A stretch of 64,000 nt of DNA. Origin: Candidatus Eiseniibacteriota bacterium. Its GTDB lineage: Bacteria; Eisenbacteria; RBG-16-71-46. A program made the translations under genes and the position numbers. Below, piece after piece: positions 1 to 7,751 of the stretch. The notes under the pieces were generated by a model. The model did not search any database. It was not told the origin of the DNA and worked only from the letters and a program-made list of their open reading frames with translations. Each line of letters opens with the position of its first letter. Positions within the stretch are counted from its first letter, which is position 1. The stretch spans positions 1,463 to 65,462 of the forward strand of contig DASXTP010000085.1 in assembly GCA_036505355.1 (NCBI GenBank), given 5' to 3'.

Positions 1-519
1 GCCTTGATCCCGTGGTCCCCAGGCTTGGAGACCCTCCTTGCGCCAGCGTGAATCGCTGCCGACCGCGAGAATCCACGTCGTGGTGAATCCCTCGTTGGCC
101 AGCAAGGCATCGATGACCTCCTCCCGGTGACGTTCGTCACGCACGAGCTGCTCGGCCGCGCGATGTAGTCGCCGGTCGATGCCCTGCGAACTGGCACCTG
201 CGTCCTTGGGCACGACGGGCTCCTCAGTAACCAGGCGGGAGGCCCGGTCACGGAGGTCGGGATCCTGCCCGATGGCGTCCACCAGATCCGCAACGAAGCG
301 CTCATCGGCCATGGCGGCCCGCACGAGCGCCTCGCGGCCCCCCTCTTTGTCCAGCAACCGCTCCACCCGTGCGCTTGCACGCGACGGTCGTTCCACCGCT
401 GCTCCCATGTTGCAGGTGCTGGGTCCGCTGCAGCACTGTGCATTGACGTGGCTCACCATGAGAGAGGCTGCCCCAACTCCGACAATCACCGCAAAAGCCC
501 ACAACCACCTTCGGTGCAT
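1..519 (-). CDS. hypothetical secreted Cys-rich protein (partial; 3' end runs off the window start)
   Basis: Absent from the ORF track because no stop codon lies in the window. My own minus-strand translation from the ATG at 519-517 gives MHRRWLWAFAVIVGVGAASLMVSHVNAQCCSGPSTCNMGAAVERPS... and stays open to base 1. There is a strong RBS (GAAGGAGGAG, complement of 527-536) 7 nt upstream, a signal-peptide-like N-terminus and G/C-biased third positions. It is the last gene of the minus-strand efflux operon. Confidence 0.45.
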   Translation of the reverse strand, partial: MHRRWLWAFAVIVGVGAASLMVSHVNAQCCSGPSTCNMGAAVERPSRASARVERLLDKEGGREALVRAAMADERFVADLVDAIGQDPDLRDRASRLVTEEPVVPKDAGASSQGIDRRLHRAAEQLVRDERHREEVIDALLANEGFTTTWILAVGSDSRWRKEGLQAWGPRDQG

Positions 520-553
520 GATGCATCTCCTCCTTCGTCTACGGGCCGACGGG

Positions 554-913
554 CTACTGGATGACGACACGGCCGCCGAGCATGTGCATGCCACACTGGT
601 AGCTCAGCGTCCCTGCCTCGCTTGCGGGCAGCGTGATCCGCACCGCCTGGTTGAGCGGAAGCGCGTACTTCTGATTGAGGCTCGCGAACTCGACCTCCTT
701 CGCGCATGTCTGGTCTGTCTTCCGGGTCATGATGAGCGTCACGGCTTGTCCGGCGGGAACCTTCACCTCTGCCGGCTCGAAGCCCTTGTCGGTCACATCG
801 ATGTGCACCTCACCACCGGTTTGGCCAGACCGACTCTGCTGGCAGGCTCCGAGCACCAGAGCCCCGGAACCGACGAGCAGCGTTACGAGAAGACTGAAGA
901 TCATCCGCTTCAT
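554..913 (-). CDS. cupredoxin-fold periplasmic protein (putative lipoprotein; possible copper-binding accessory of the efflux pump)
   Basis: Internal start MKRMIFSLLVTLLVGSGALVLGAC (lipobox-like) inside ORF 554..1138. The start overlaps the cusA stop as ATGA (910-913). The beta-sandwich sequence ends in YQCGMHMLGGRVVIQ, resembling the Cys/His/Met ligand loop of cupredoxins. Confidence 0.7.
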   Translation of the reverse strand: MKRMIFSLLVTLLVGSGALVLGACQQSRSGQTGGEVHIDVTDKGFEPAEVKVPAGQAVTLIMTRKTDQTCAKEVEFASLNQKYALPLNQAVRITLPASEAGTLSYQCGMHMLGGRVVIQ

Positions 914-3900
914 GGCATCCCTCCCGGTTGTTGACTTGCGACCATGGGTTCCATCACCGCCATCCGCTCGGGCAGGTGACGCCCTTTCCACCAGGCGTAG
1001 ATCGCCGGGTAGACGAGCAGCTCGAGCACGAACGAGGTGATGACGCCGCCCACCATGGGCGCGGCGATGCGCTTCATGACGTCCGCGCCTGCACCGTGGC
1101 CCCACATGATCGGCAACAGGCCGAACAGGATGGCGCACACCGTCATCATCTTGGGGCGGATGCGGTGCGCCGCGCCCTCGACGATGGCTTCCGTCAGATC
1201 CGGGCGATCGTGGAGCCGCCCCTGCTCACGCCGATCCCGATGGGCGAGATTGAGGTAGAGCAGCATCACCGTGCCGGTCTCGGCGTCCAATCCAGCGAGG
1301 GCGATCATGCCCACCCACACCGCGACACTCAGGTTGTAGTGGAGTAGCCAGATGAACCAGACCGCGCCCACGAGCGAGAAGGGCACGGCCAACATGACGA
1401 TCCCGGCCTGGGGCACCGAGCGCAGGTTGAAGTAGAGCAGCGCGAAGACGATGAGCAGCGTCACCGGGATCACCCACGCCAGGCGGGCCTGTGCGCGCTG
1501 GAGGTACCGGAACTGGCCCGACCAGTCGAGGCGGTAGCCCGGCGGGAGCTGGACCTTCGTCGCGACCGCACGCTGGGCGTCGCGCACGAAGCTCGCCAGC
1601 GGACGGCCGGCCACATCGACGGAAACGAGCCCCGTGAGCTGCCCGTCCTCCTCCTGGATCATCGGCGGGCCGTTTCGGAACCGTAGGCTGGCGACCTGGC
1701 CGAGTGGCACTTGAGCCCCGGCTGGCGTGGGTACGAGCACGCGGGCGAGGGCGTCGGGCTCGTCGCGCAACTCCCGCGCATAGCGCAGCGCAACGGTATA
1801 ACGTTCGCGCCCCTCCACCGTCTGCGTGACCGCCGCGCCGCCGATCGCGGCCTCAATCACGTCCTCCACGTCGCCGACGGTGAGGCCATAGCGCGCCGCC
1901 GCGGCGCGATCGATGTCGAAGTCGAGGAAGCGCCCGCCGGTCAGCCGATCGGCGAAGGCGCTGCGCGTGCCCGGCACGTCACGCACCGCGTTCTCGACGG
2001 CGACCGCGACGCGCTCGATTTCGGACAGGTCCGAGCCGAACACCTTGATCCCCACGGCGCTGCGCACGCCGGTCGCCAACATCTCGTTGCGGGTCTGGAT
2101 CGGCATCCACCAGATGTTGGGCATCCCCGGGTAGCGGAGCTTGCCGTCCATCTCGGCGATCAGCCGTTCCCAGGTCATCCCGGAGCGCCACTCGCGCTCG
2201 GGCTTCAGCGTCACGACCGTCTCGAACATCGAGAGCGGCGCCGGGTCGGTGGCGCTGCGGGCGCGTCCGGCCTTGCCGAACACGGTCTCGACCTCCGGCA
2301 CGCCCTTGAGCTGCCGGTCCATCTGCTGCAGCACCGTGGCGGCTTCGGTCTCGGACATGCCGGGAGGCGCGGTCGGCATGTAGAGGAGCGTGCCCTCGTT
2401 GAGCGGGGGCATGAACTCGCTGCCGAGCACAAGAAAGATCGGGATCGTGGAGAGCAGGAGCGCTGCCGCACCCGCGACCACGGACTTCCGGCGACGCACC
2501 GCCCACCGCACGACCGGCGCATACCCACGCACCAGCGCCCGAGAGATCGGGTGTTCGTGTTCGGGCCGGATCTTTCCGCGGATGAACCAGGCGGCGAGCG
2601 CCGGGGTGAGCGTCACCGCGAGCAGGGCCGCGAAGGCCATGGAGTAGGTCTTCGTGAACGCCAGCGGCTTGAAGAGGCGCCCCTCGGTGCCCTGGAGCGT
2701 GAAGATCGGCAGGAACGAGACCGTGATGACGAGCAGCGCGAAGAAGATGGGGTGCCCCACTTCCTGCAGGCCCTGGACGATGGCGGCCTCGCGGGTGCCG
2801 CGCCTCCCGCCCTCCTCCCAGCGTTCGAGCTTCTTGTGCACGTTCTCGACCATGATGATCGAGGCGTCGACCATGGCCCCGATCGCCACCGCGATGCCGC
2901 CAAGCGACATGATGTTGGCGGTCAGTCCCTGCCCCGCCATCGGAACGAAGGCGAGGAGCACGGCCACTGGCAGGGAGAGGATCGGCACCAGCGCGCTGCG
3001 GAAATGGAACAAGAAGAGAACGATGACCGCGCTGACGATCAGCATTTCCTGGAGCAGCTCGTGCCACAGGGTGTGCACCGCCCGCTGGATGAGGTCGGCG
3101 CGGTCGTAGGTGACCACGAGCTGCACCCCGGGCGGGAAGGAGCCGCGGACCTCGGCGAGACGCCTCTTTATTCCGTCGATCACGCGCAGCGCGTTCTGCT
3201 TCTGGCGCATGATGACGATGCCGCCGACGACCTCGCCCCGACCGTCCAGTTCGGCGATGCCCCGGCGCGGCTCGGGCCCGAGGTGCACGGCCGCGACATC
3301 CCGCAGCATCACGGGCACGCCACCCGAGCCCAGCTTGACCGGGGTCTGCTCCACGTCGGCGATCCCTCGGATGTATCCGCGGCCGCGCACGAAGTGCTCG
3401 TGCTCGGAGATCTCGACTACTCCGCCACCCACGTCACCGTTCGAGCGCCGGATGGCGTCGGCCACGTCGCGCACCGAGACGCCGTAGCTCTGAAGTTTCG
3501 CGGGATCGAGGTCCGCCTGGTACTGCTTGACGAATCCGCCAACCGAGGCGACCTCGGCCACGCCGTCGACTCCCTGCAGCCAGTAGCGGAGCGTCCAGTC
3601 CTGGAACGAGCGGAGCTGCTGGAGATCGTTGTGACCCGTGGTGTCCACGAGTGCGTATTCGAACACCCAGCCGACGCTCGTGGCGTCCGGACCGATCTGC
3701 GGGTTGACCCCCTCGGGCAGCCGGTTGCGAATCGACGCCAGGTACTCGAGCACGCGGCTGCGCGCCCAGTAGAGATCCACACCATCCTTGAAGACGACGT
3801 AGACGAACGAGTCGCCGATCATCGAGAGCCCGCGCACGTACTGCACCCCCGGGGCGGCCCGGAGCGCAGTGACGATCGGGTAGGTGATCTGATCCTCGAC

Positions 3901-4080
3901 CAGGTCAGGGCTCCTCCCCATCCACTCGGTCGAGATGATCACCTGCGTGTCGGACAGGTCGGGAACCGCGTCGAGCGGCGTTCGGAAGACGGCCGCGATG
4001 CCGAAGCCGACGGCGACGAGAACCGCGATGACGGTAAAGATGCGCTGGCGCGCGCAGGCGGCGATCAGGCGTTCGATCAT
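910..4080 (-). CDS. cusA: CusA/CzcA-family heavy-metal efflux RND transporter (inner-membrane pump)
   Basis: 1056 aa ORF. The N-terminus MIERLIAACARQRIFTVIAVL... and overall length and architecture are typical of HME-RND pumps. It sits downstream of the adaptor and TolC-family genes. Confidence 0.93.
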   Translation of the reverse strand: MIERLIAACARQRIFTVIAVLVAVGFGIAAVFRTPLDAVPDLSDTQVIISTEWMGRSPDLVEDQITYPIVTALRAAPGVQYVRGLSMIGDSFVYVVFKDGVDLYWARSRVLEYLASIRNRLPEGVNPQIGPDATSVGWVFEYALVDTTGHNDLQQLRSFQDWTLRYWLQGVDGVAEVASVGGFVKQYQADLDPAKLQSYGVSVRDVADAIRRSNGDVGGGVVEISEHEHFVRGRGYIRGIADVEQTPVKLGSGGVPVMLRDVAAVHLGPEPRRGIAELDGRGEVVGGIVIMRQKQNALRVIDGIKRRLAEVRGSFPPGVQLVVTYDRADLIQRAVHTLWHELLQEMLIVSAVIVLFLFHFRSALVPILSLPVAVLLAFVPMAGQGLTANIMSLGGIAVAIGAMVDASIIMVENVHKKLERWEEGGRRGTREAAIVQGLQEVGHPIFFALLVITVSFLPIFTLQGTEGRLFKPLAFTKTYSMAFAALLAVTLTPALAAWFIRGKIRPEHEHPISRALVRGYAPVVRWAVRRRKSVVAGAAALLLSTIPIFLVLGSEFMPPLNEGTLLYMPTAPPGMSETEAATVLQQMDRQLKGVPEVETVFGKAGRARSATDPAPLSMFETVVTLKPEREWRSGMTWERLIAEMDGKLRYPGMPNIWWMPIQTRNEMLATGVRSAVGIKVFGSDLSEIERVAVAVENAVRDVPGTRSAFADRLTGGRFLDFDIDRAAAARYGLTVGDVEDVIEAAIGGAAVTQTVEGRERYTVALRYARELRDEPDALARVLVPTPAGAQVPLGQVASLRFRNGPPMIQEEDGQLTGLVSVDVAGRPLASFVRDAQRAVATKVQLPPGYRLDWSGQFRYLQRAQARLAWVIPVTLLIVFALLYFNLRSVPQAGIVMLAVPFSLVGAVWFIWLLHYNLSVAVWVGMIALAGLDAETGTVMLLYLNLAHRDRREQGRLHDRPDLTEAIVEGAAHRIRPKMMTVCAILFGLLPIMWGHGAGADVMKRIAAPMVGGVITSFVLELLVYPAIYAWWKGRHLPERMAVMEPMVASQQPGGMP

Positions 4081-4087
4081 GATCGCC

Positions 4088-5617
4088 TCACCACTTCTGC
4101 GCGGCCGAGCGCAGCTTGCTCTCCGCCGCGACCAGGAAGTTCCCCGACGTCACCACGACTTCTCCCGTTTTGAGACCAGCGAGAACCTCGTAATAACCGC
4201 TGGAACGACTGCCGAGCCGCACTTCGCGTGGCGCGAGCCGGCCGTCACCGAGATCGACGAACACGACGAAGCGCTCGCCCGTCGGCAAGACCGCGGACTC
4301 CGGCACGGCCAAAGTCTCGAGGCGCGGTGTCCCCAGCTCGACGTCCACGAACGTGCCCGGCTGCAGCCGGCCCTCCCGATTGCCGACCTCGATCCGCACC
4401 TCGGCGGTGCGGGTCAGGCTGTCGAGTGAGGGGTAGACAAAGGAAACGAGCCCGCGGCGCGTGATCGTGCTCCGGTACGGGTCGTGAATGAGGGCTGCCA
4501 TGCCCCGGCGCACAAAGGGCGTGTCCCGCTGCGGTACGCTGGCGATGACCCAGATCGGGTCGAGCTGAGCGATCCGGAACAGCACCTGCCCGGCCTGGAA
4601 AGCGCTCCCCTGGACGACGTTCTTCTCCGTGATCACGCCCGACGCCGGCGAGCGAATGGGAATTGCCTCGAGGGGTCGATCCCCCCGCGCGATCTCATCG
4701 ATGTCCGCCGGCGAGAGGTCCCACAGGGTCAGGCGTTCGCGCGCCGCCGCGGCGAGGTCTGCCGACGAGCTGGCCATCGTCGCCTTGCCCTGATCGGACC
4801 GGGCTGCCCGGGTGGCCTCGAGGTACTCCTGCTGCGCCGACCAAAGCTCCGGGCTGTAGACCATGAATAGAAGCTGCCCGCGCCGCACCGGTTGCCCGGT
4901 GACGGTCGCCGAGAGCCGTCGCACCCAGCCATTGAACTTGAGCGCCACCTCGGCCTGGTGGGCCTCGTCGTAGGCGACACGCCCGGGCACACGCAAGGTG
5001 GTGGACAGCTCTCGGACCTGCACCTTGTCCGTGCGAATGCCCAGGGATTGCCGTCGCGCGGCGTCGATCATGACGGCACCGGCGCTCGAGTCCGCAGGCA
5101 TGGACGACATTGTCCCGGCTGGCATCGATCCGGCCGTGGGCTCGCCCGGCGGCTGGGTGCCTCCGGCGAAAGCGAGCCCTCGGATGGACGTGCTCAGGCG
5201 GTATTGAGCCTCGGCAGGAGGGCCTTTCGTGGGGCGCAATCGCACGGCCACGTCCCATTCGCCCCCCATCGCGAGACCATAGGACGCACGGTAGATGCCC
5301 GGGCCCCCTGGCTTCACCTTGCTCCGGCTCTCCATGTAAGGCATGGTGCCCATCTGCGGCATGCTCACCACCACTTCCACAGCACCGTGCATCGGCTTCC
5401 CGGATGTATCGCGCGCGACCACCGTGATCGTGTTGTCCCCGACACGCGCGGGATCCGGGCTGTTGGCCACACTCACACGCCAAATCCCGACGTTTTGCAT
5501 GGGCATGTTCGCAGGCAGTGCGCGGCCGCCCTGGCAACCTGCGAGCACCAACATCGCGACCGGCACCCCACCCAAGACCCACCATGCCCAACGCTTCTCG
5601 ATCCATCCGCGGCTCAT
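4088..5617 (-). CDS. efflux RND periplasmic adaptor subunit (CusB-like) with an extra N-terminal YtkA/FixH-like beta-sandwich domain
   Basis: 509 aa with a lipoprotein-like N-terminus (LVLAGCQG). An N-terminal segment (GDNTITVVARDTSGKPMHGAVEVVVSMPQMG...GGEWDVAVRL) precedes the canonical membrane-fusion-protein core. ATGA overlap with the upstream TolC gene at 5614-5617. Confidence 0.88.
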   Translation of the reverse strand: MSRGWIEKRWAWWVLGGVPVAMLVLAGCQGGRALPANMPMQNVGIWRVSVANSPDPARVGDNTITVVARDTSGKPMHGAVEVVVSMPQMGTMPYMESRSKVKPGGPGIYRASYGLAMGGEWDVAVRLRPTKGPPAEAQYRLSTSIRGLAFAGGTQPPGEPTAGSMPAGTMSSMPADSSAGAVMIDAARRQSLGIRTDKVQVRELSTTLRVPGRVAYDEAHQAEVALKFNGWVRRLSATVTGQPVRRGQLLFMVYSPELWSAQQEYLEATRAARSDQGKATMASSSADLAAAARERLTLWDLSPADIDEIARGDRPLEAIPIRSPASGVITEKNVVQGSAFQAGQVLFRIAQLDPIWVIASVPQRDTPFVRRGMAALIHDPYRSTITRRGLVSFVYPSLDSLTRTAEVRIEVGNREGRLQPGTFVDVELGTPRLETLAVPESAVLPTGERFVVFVDLGDGRLAPREVRLGSRSSGYYEVLAGLKTGEVVVTSGNFLVAAESKLRSAAQKW

Positions 5618-6930
5618 GGCATCTTCTCCTTCTCGAGGGCGCTCGGCAGCTCCCCGAGTGCGCGGTCCAAATCCGCCCGGGCCTCGTGCAACATGGCCAG
5701 GGACTCATCCGCTTCGAGCCGAGCACGAAGGAAATCGCGCAGCGAGTTGAGCACCGTGAGGAAGTCCGTTCGGTTCGCTTCGTAGCTCGCCCGCGCGGCT
5801 CGGAGCGTGCGTTCCGCAAGCGGGAGCAGCCGCTCGCGAGCGATCTGAACGTCGTGCGCCTGCTCGTGAAGTCGTGCCGCTGCCACCGCCACCTGAAGCT
5901 CGATGCTGTCCCGGACGACTTCGCGCTGGCTCTCGCTGGCAGCGAGTCGCGCCTGGGCCTCCGCTCGGGTCGCCGAGAGGCGACCCAGATGGATGGGAAG
6001 GTTCATCGTCATCCCCACCGTGGTGCGCAGCTCGGGCTCGCTCCAGAATCGGTCGTAGGCGACGCCGAAGCTGGTTTCGGGAAGCCCCTGCCGCCCGGCA
6101 AGCGCCACCTCCGCCCGACTGGCCTCGACGCGAGCATCCACGGCCCGCATCTCGGGGCGGAGCGCGCGCGCGCGCGGCGCGAGATCGGCGTGGACCACGA
6201 TGGTGTCAGGCAGCGACAGGTCGTTGGGCGGAGGAGGGAGCCAGCCCTCCGCTGGCTCATGCATGAGGGTGTTCAGCGTGGCGACGACCACGCGGCGCTC
6301 TCGATCGAGGATCACCGCGTCGTGGTCGAGCATGGCCAGCTCGGTGTCGACCTGGAGCGGATCCTGCTGGCCGACCAGTCCGGCCGAGTACTTGGCGAGC
6401 GAGATCCGACGGAACTCGGGCAGGAGGTCCCGCAGCTCGCGGTTGAGCGCAAGGGCTCGGCCGACCCGCCAATAATTCAGGAACGCGATCCGCGTTTGGT
6501 GCGCGAGATCGAGCTGAGCCATTCGAAGATCCCAGGCAGCGGCGCGAGCCTCGGCCTCGCCGATCCGTCGTCGCAAGCCCCGCTGGCCGAACAGCGGCAG
6601 CGCCTGCGTCACGCCGACGCGGTACCCCGCCGCGACGCTCGAGCTGCCGAAACTCCGCGGTGCCCCCATCACCTCGAGCATTGGATCTTCCAGTGCGCCC
6701 GCCTGGCGCGCCCGCGCGCCTGCCTCGGACCAAGCCGCCCGGGCCGCCGTGAGGGTCGGATTGCGCTCGAGAACACGGCGTAGCAGGTGCTCGAGATCGA
6801 GCGAGGCGGTGTCTGCGCTCGCCGCCGGGACCTCGCCCAAGGTGCTCTCGAGATCCATGGATCGGGCCGGGCGCGGCCCACCGGCCAACACCACCACCGC
6901 GGCGACGAGCACCGCAGGGAAACGCGACAT
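5614..6930 (-). CDS. TolC-family outer membrane efflux protein (CusC-like)
   Basis: ORF 5614..7041. I chose the internal start MSRFPAVLVAAVVVLAGG (ATG at 6930) because it gives a signal peptide. The body has the typical OMF repeat sequence. Confidence 0.85.
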   Translation of the reverse strand: MSRFPAVLVAAVVVLAGGPRPARSMDLESTLGEVPAASADTASLDLEHLLRRVLERNPTLTAARAAWSEAGARARQAGALEDPMLEVMGAPRSFGSSSVAAGYRVGVTQALPLFGQRGLRRRIGEAEARAAAWDLRMAQLDLAHQTRIAFLNYWRVGRALALNRELRDLLPEFRRISLAKYSAGLVGQQDPLQVDTELAMLDHDAVILDRERRVVVATLNTLMHEPAEGWLPPPPNDLSLPDTIVVHADLAPRARALRPEMRAVDARVEASRAEVALAGRQGLPETSFGVAYDRFWSEPELRTTVGMTMNLPIHLGRLSATRAEAQARLAASESQREVVRDSIELQVAVAAARLHEQAHDVQIARERLLPLAERTLRAARASYEANRTDFLTVLNSLRDFLRARLEADESLAMLHEARADLDRALGELPSALEKEKMP

Positions 6931-7092
6931 CGTTCTCGGACTCCTCTCGCGGCCACGCAGGGACGCGCTGCCGCAGCTCGTTCGATGGGAAGCCAGAGGA
7001 CGGCAACGAGGCCGCCCCGGCTCACTCGGGGACGGGCGCAAGGTCGGGCGCGGAAACGCGCGACGACTCCGGCCCGTCAGCCCGGAAGCGAG

Positions 7093-7533
7093 CTAGGCGA
7101 GAGGAGGGGCGCGGCCGAGACGCTGCGCCGGGAGGTCGAGCCGGGTGGGTGGACTCTCGTCGGAGACGCGCGGGGCGCGCACCGACGGGACCAGGGCGAG
7201 GATGGCGGGCGCCGACGGATGCAGAGGCAGCAGCAACGGGGTCACCGCGTCGCCCCGCTCGATCTGCGGCTTCGAGACCGGCGCGGCCGACACGCAGCAG
7301 GGAGACACGGCATGCGCTGCGCCTCGCTGCGGGCTCTTGGCCGGAGCGGCATGGCCGCAGTGGGAAGAACCGGTCGAGGCGGCCGCCGCCGGGGTGGACA
7401 AGCAGGACATAGGCACACCACCGAGCGCTCCGAGCAGGCAGTAGTTGCTGCCGACGAGGAAGAGCAGCATCGCGGCCACCCTCGTCGGGTGACTCCATCG
7501 GGTGCTCGGTCGGTATGGACTCATGTTCGGCAT
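7093..7533 (-). CDS. hypothetical small membrane-anchored Cys/His-containing protein; possible first gene of the metal-efflux operon
   Basis: This is the tail of the artefactual 1104-aa ORF 7093..10407. It is a separate unit starting MPNMSPYRPS... (ATG 7533 or 7524, with GGAG upstream). It has one hydrophobic helix (AAMLLFLVGSNYCLLGALGG), HCGH and CC motifs, and high third-position GC consistent with coding. The family is not recognised. Confidence 0.4.
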   Translation of the reverse strand: MPNMSPYRPSTRWSHPTRVAAMLLFLVGSNYCLLGALGGVPMSCLSTPAAAASTGSSHCGHAAPAKSPQRGAAHAVSPCCVSAAPVSKPQIERGDAVTPLLLPLHPSAPAILALVPSVRAPRVSDESPPTRLDLPAQRLGRAPPLA

Positions 7534-7751
7534 TATGATCGGCTCCCGGCCCACGCCGCTTGTCCCAAGGCCGTCAACTCTTCCGCGGGGATTCGCCGGA
7601 TCCCCCGCAATCACCGTGCCCTGGCGGTTCGAAGGCCGTAACCGACTCCAGGAACACGGGCCTTGCCGATCGTGGACCGCCCGAATGCTCTGACGCGGCG
7701 CTTCGGTCACTGACGGCTTGGCAGCCGGCCATCGTTCCATGGCAGCCAGGG

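Noticed and set aside
1711-4173. Long ORFs antisense to well-supported genes. Examples are 1711..4173(+), 22538..24268(-), 24253..26784(-), 33778..36453(-), 41704..43563(-), 47136..48944(-), 56178..58571(-) and 59166..60959(-), plus many 60-400-aa ORFs.
   Set aside because: Their translations are Arg/Pro/Gly/Ala-rich low-complexity strings with no recognisable motifs. They mirror strong family-assignable genes on the other strand, which is typical of shadow ORFs in GC-rich DNA.
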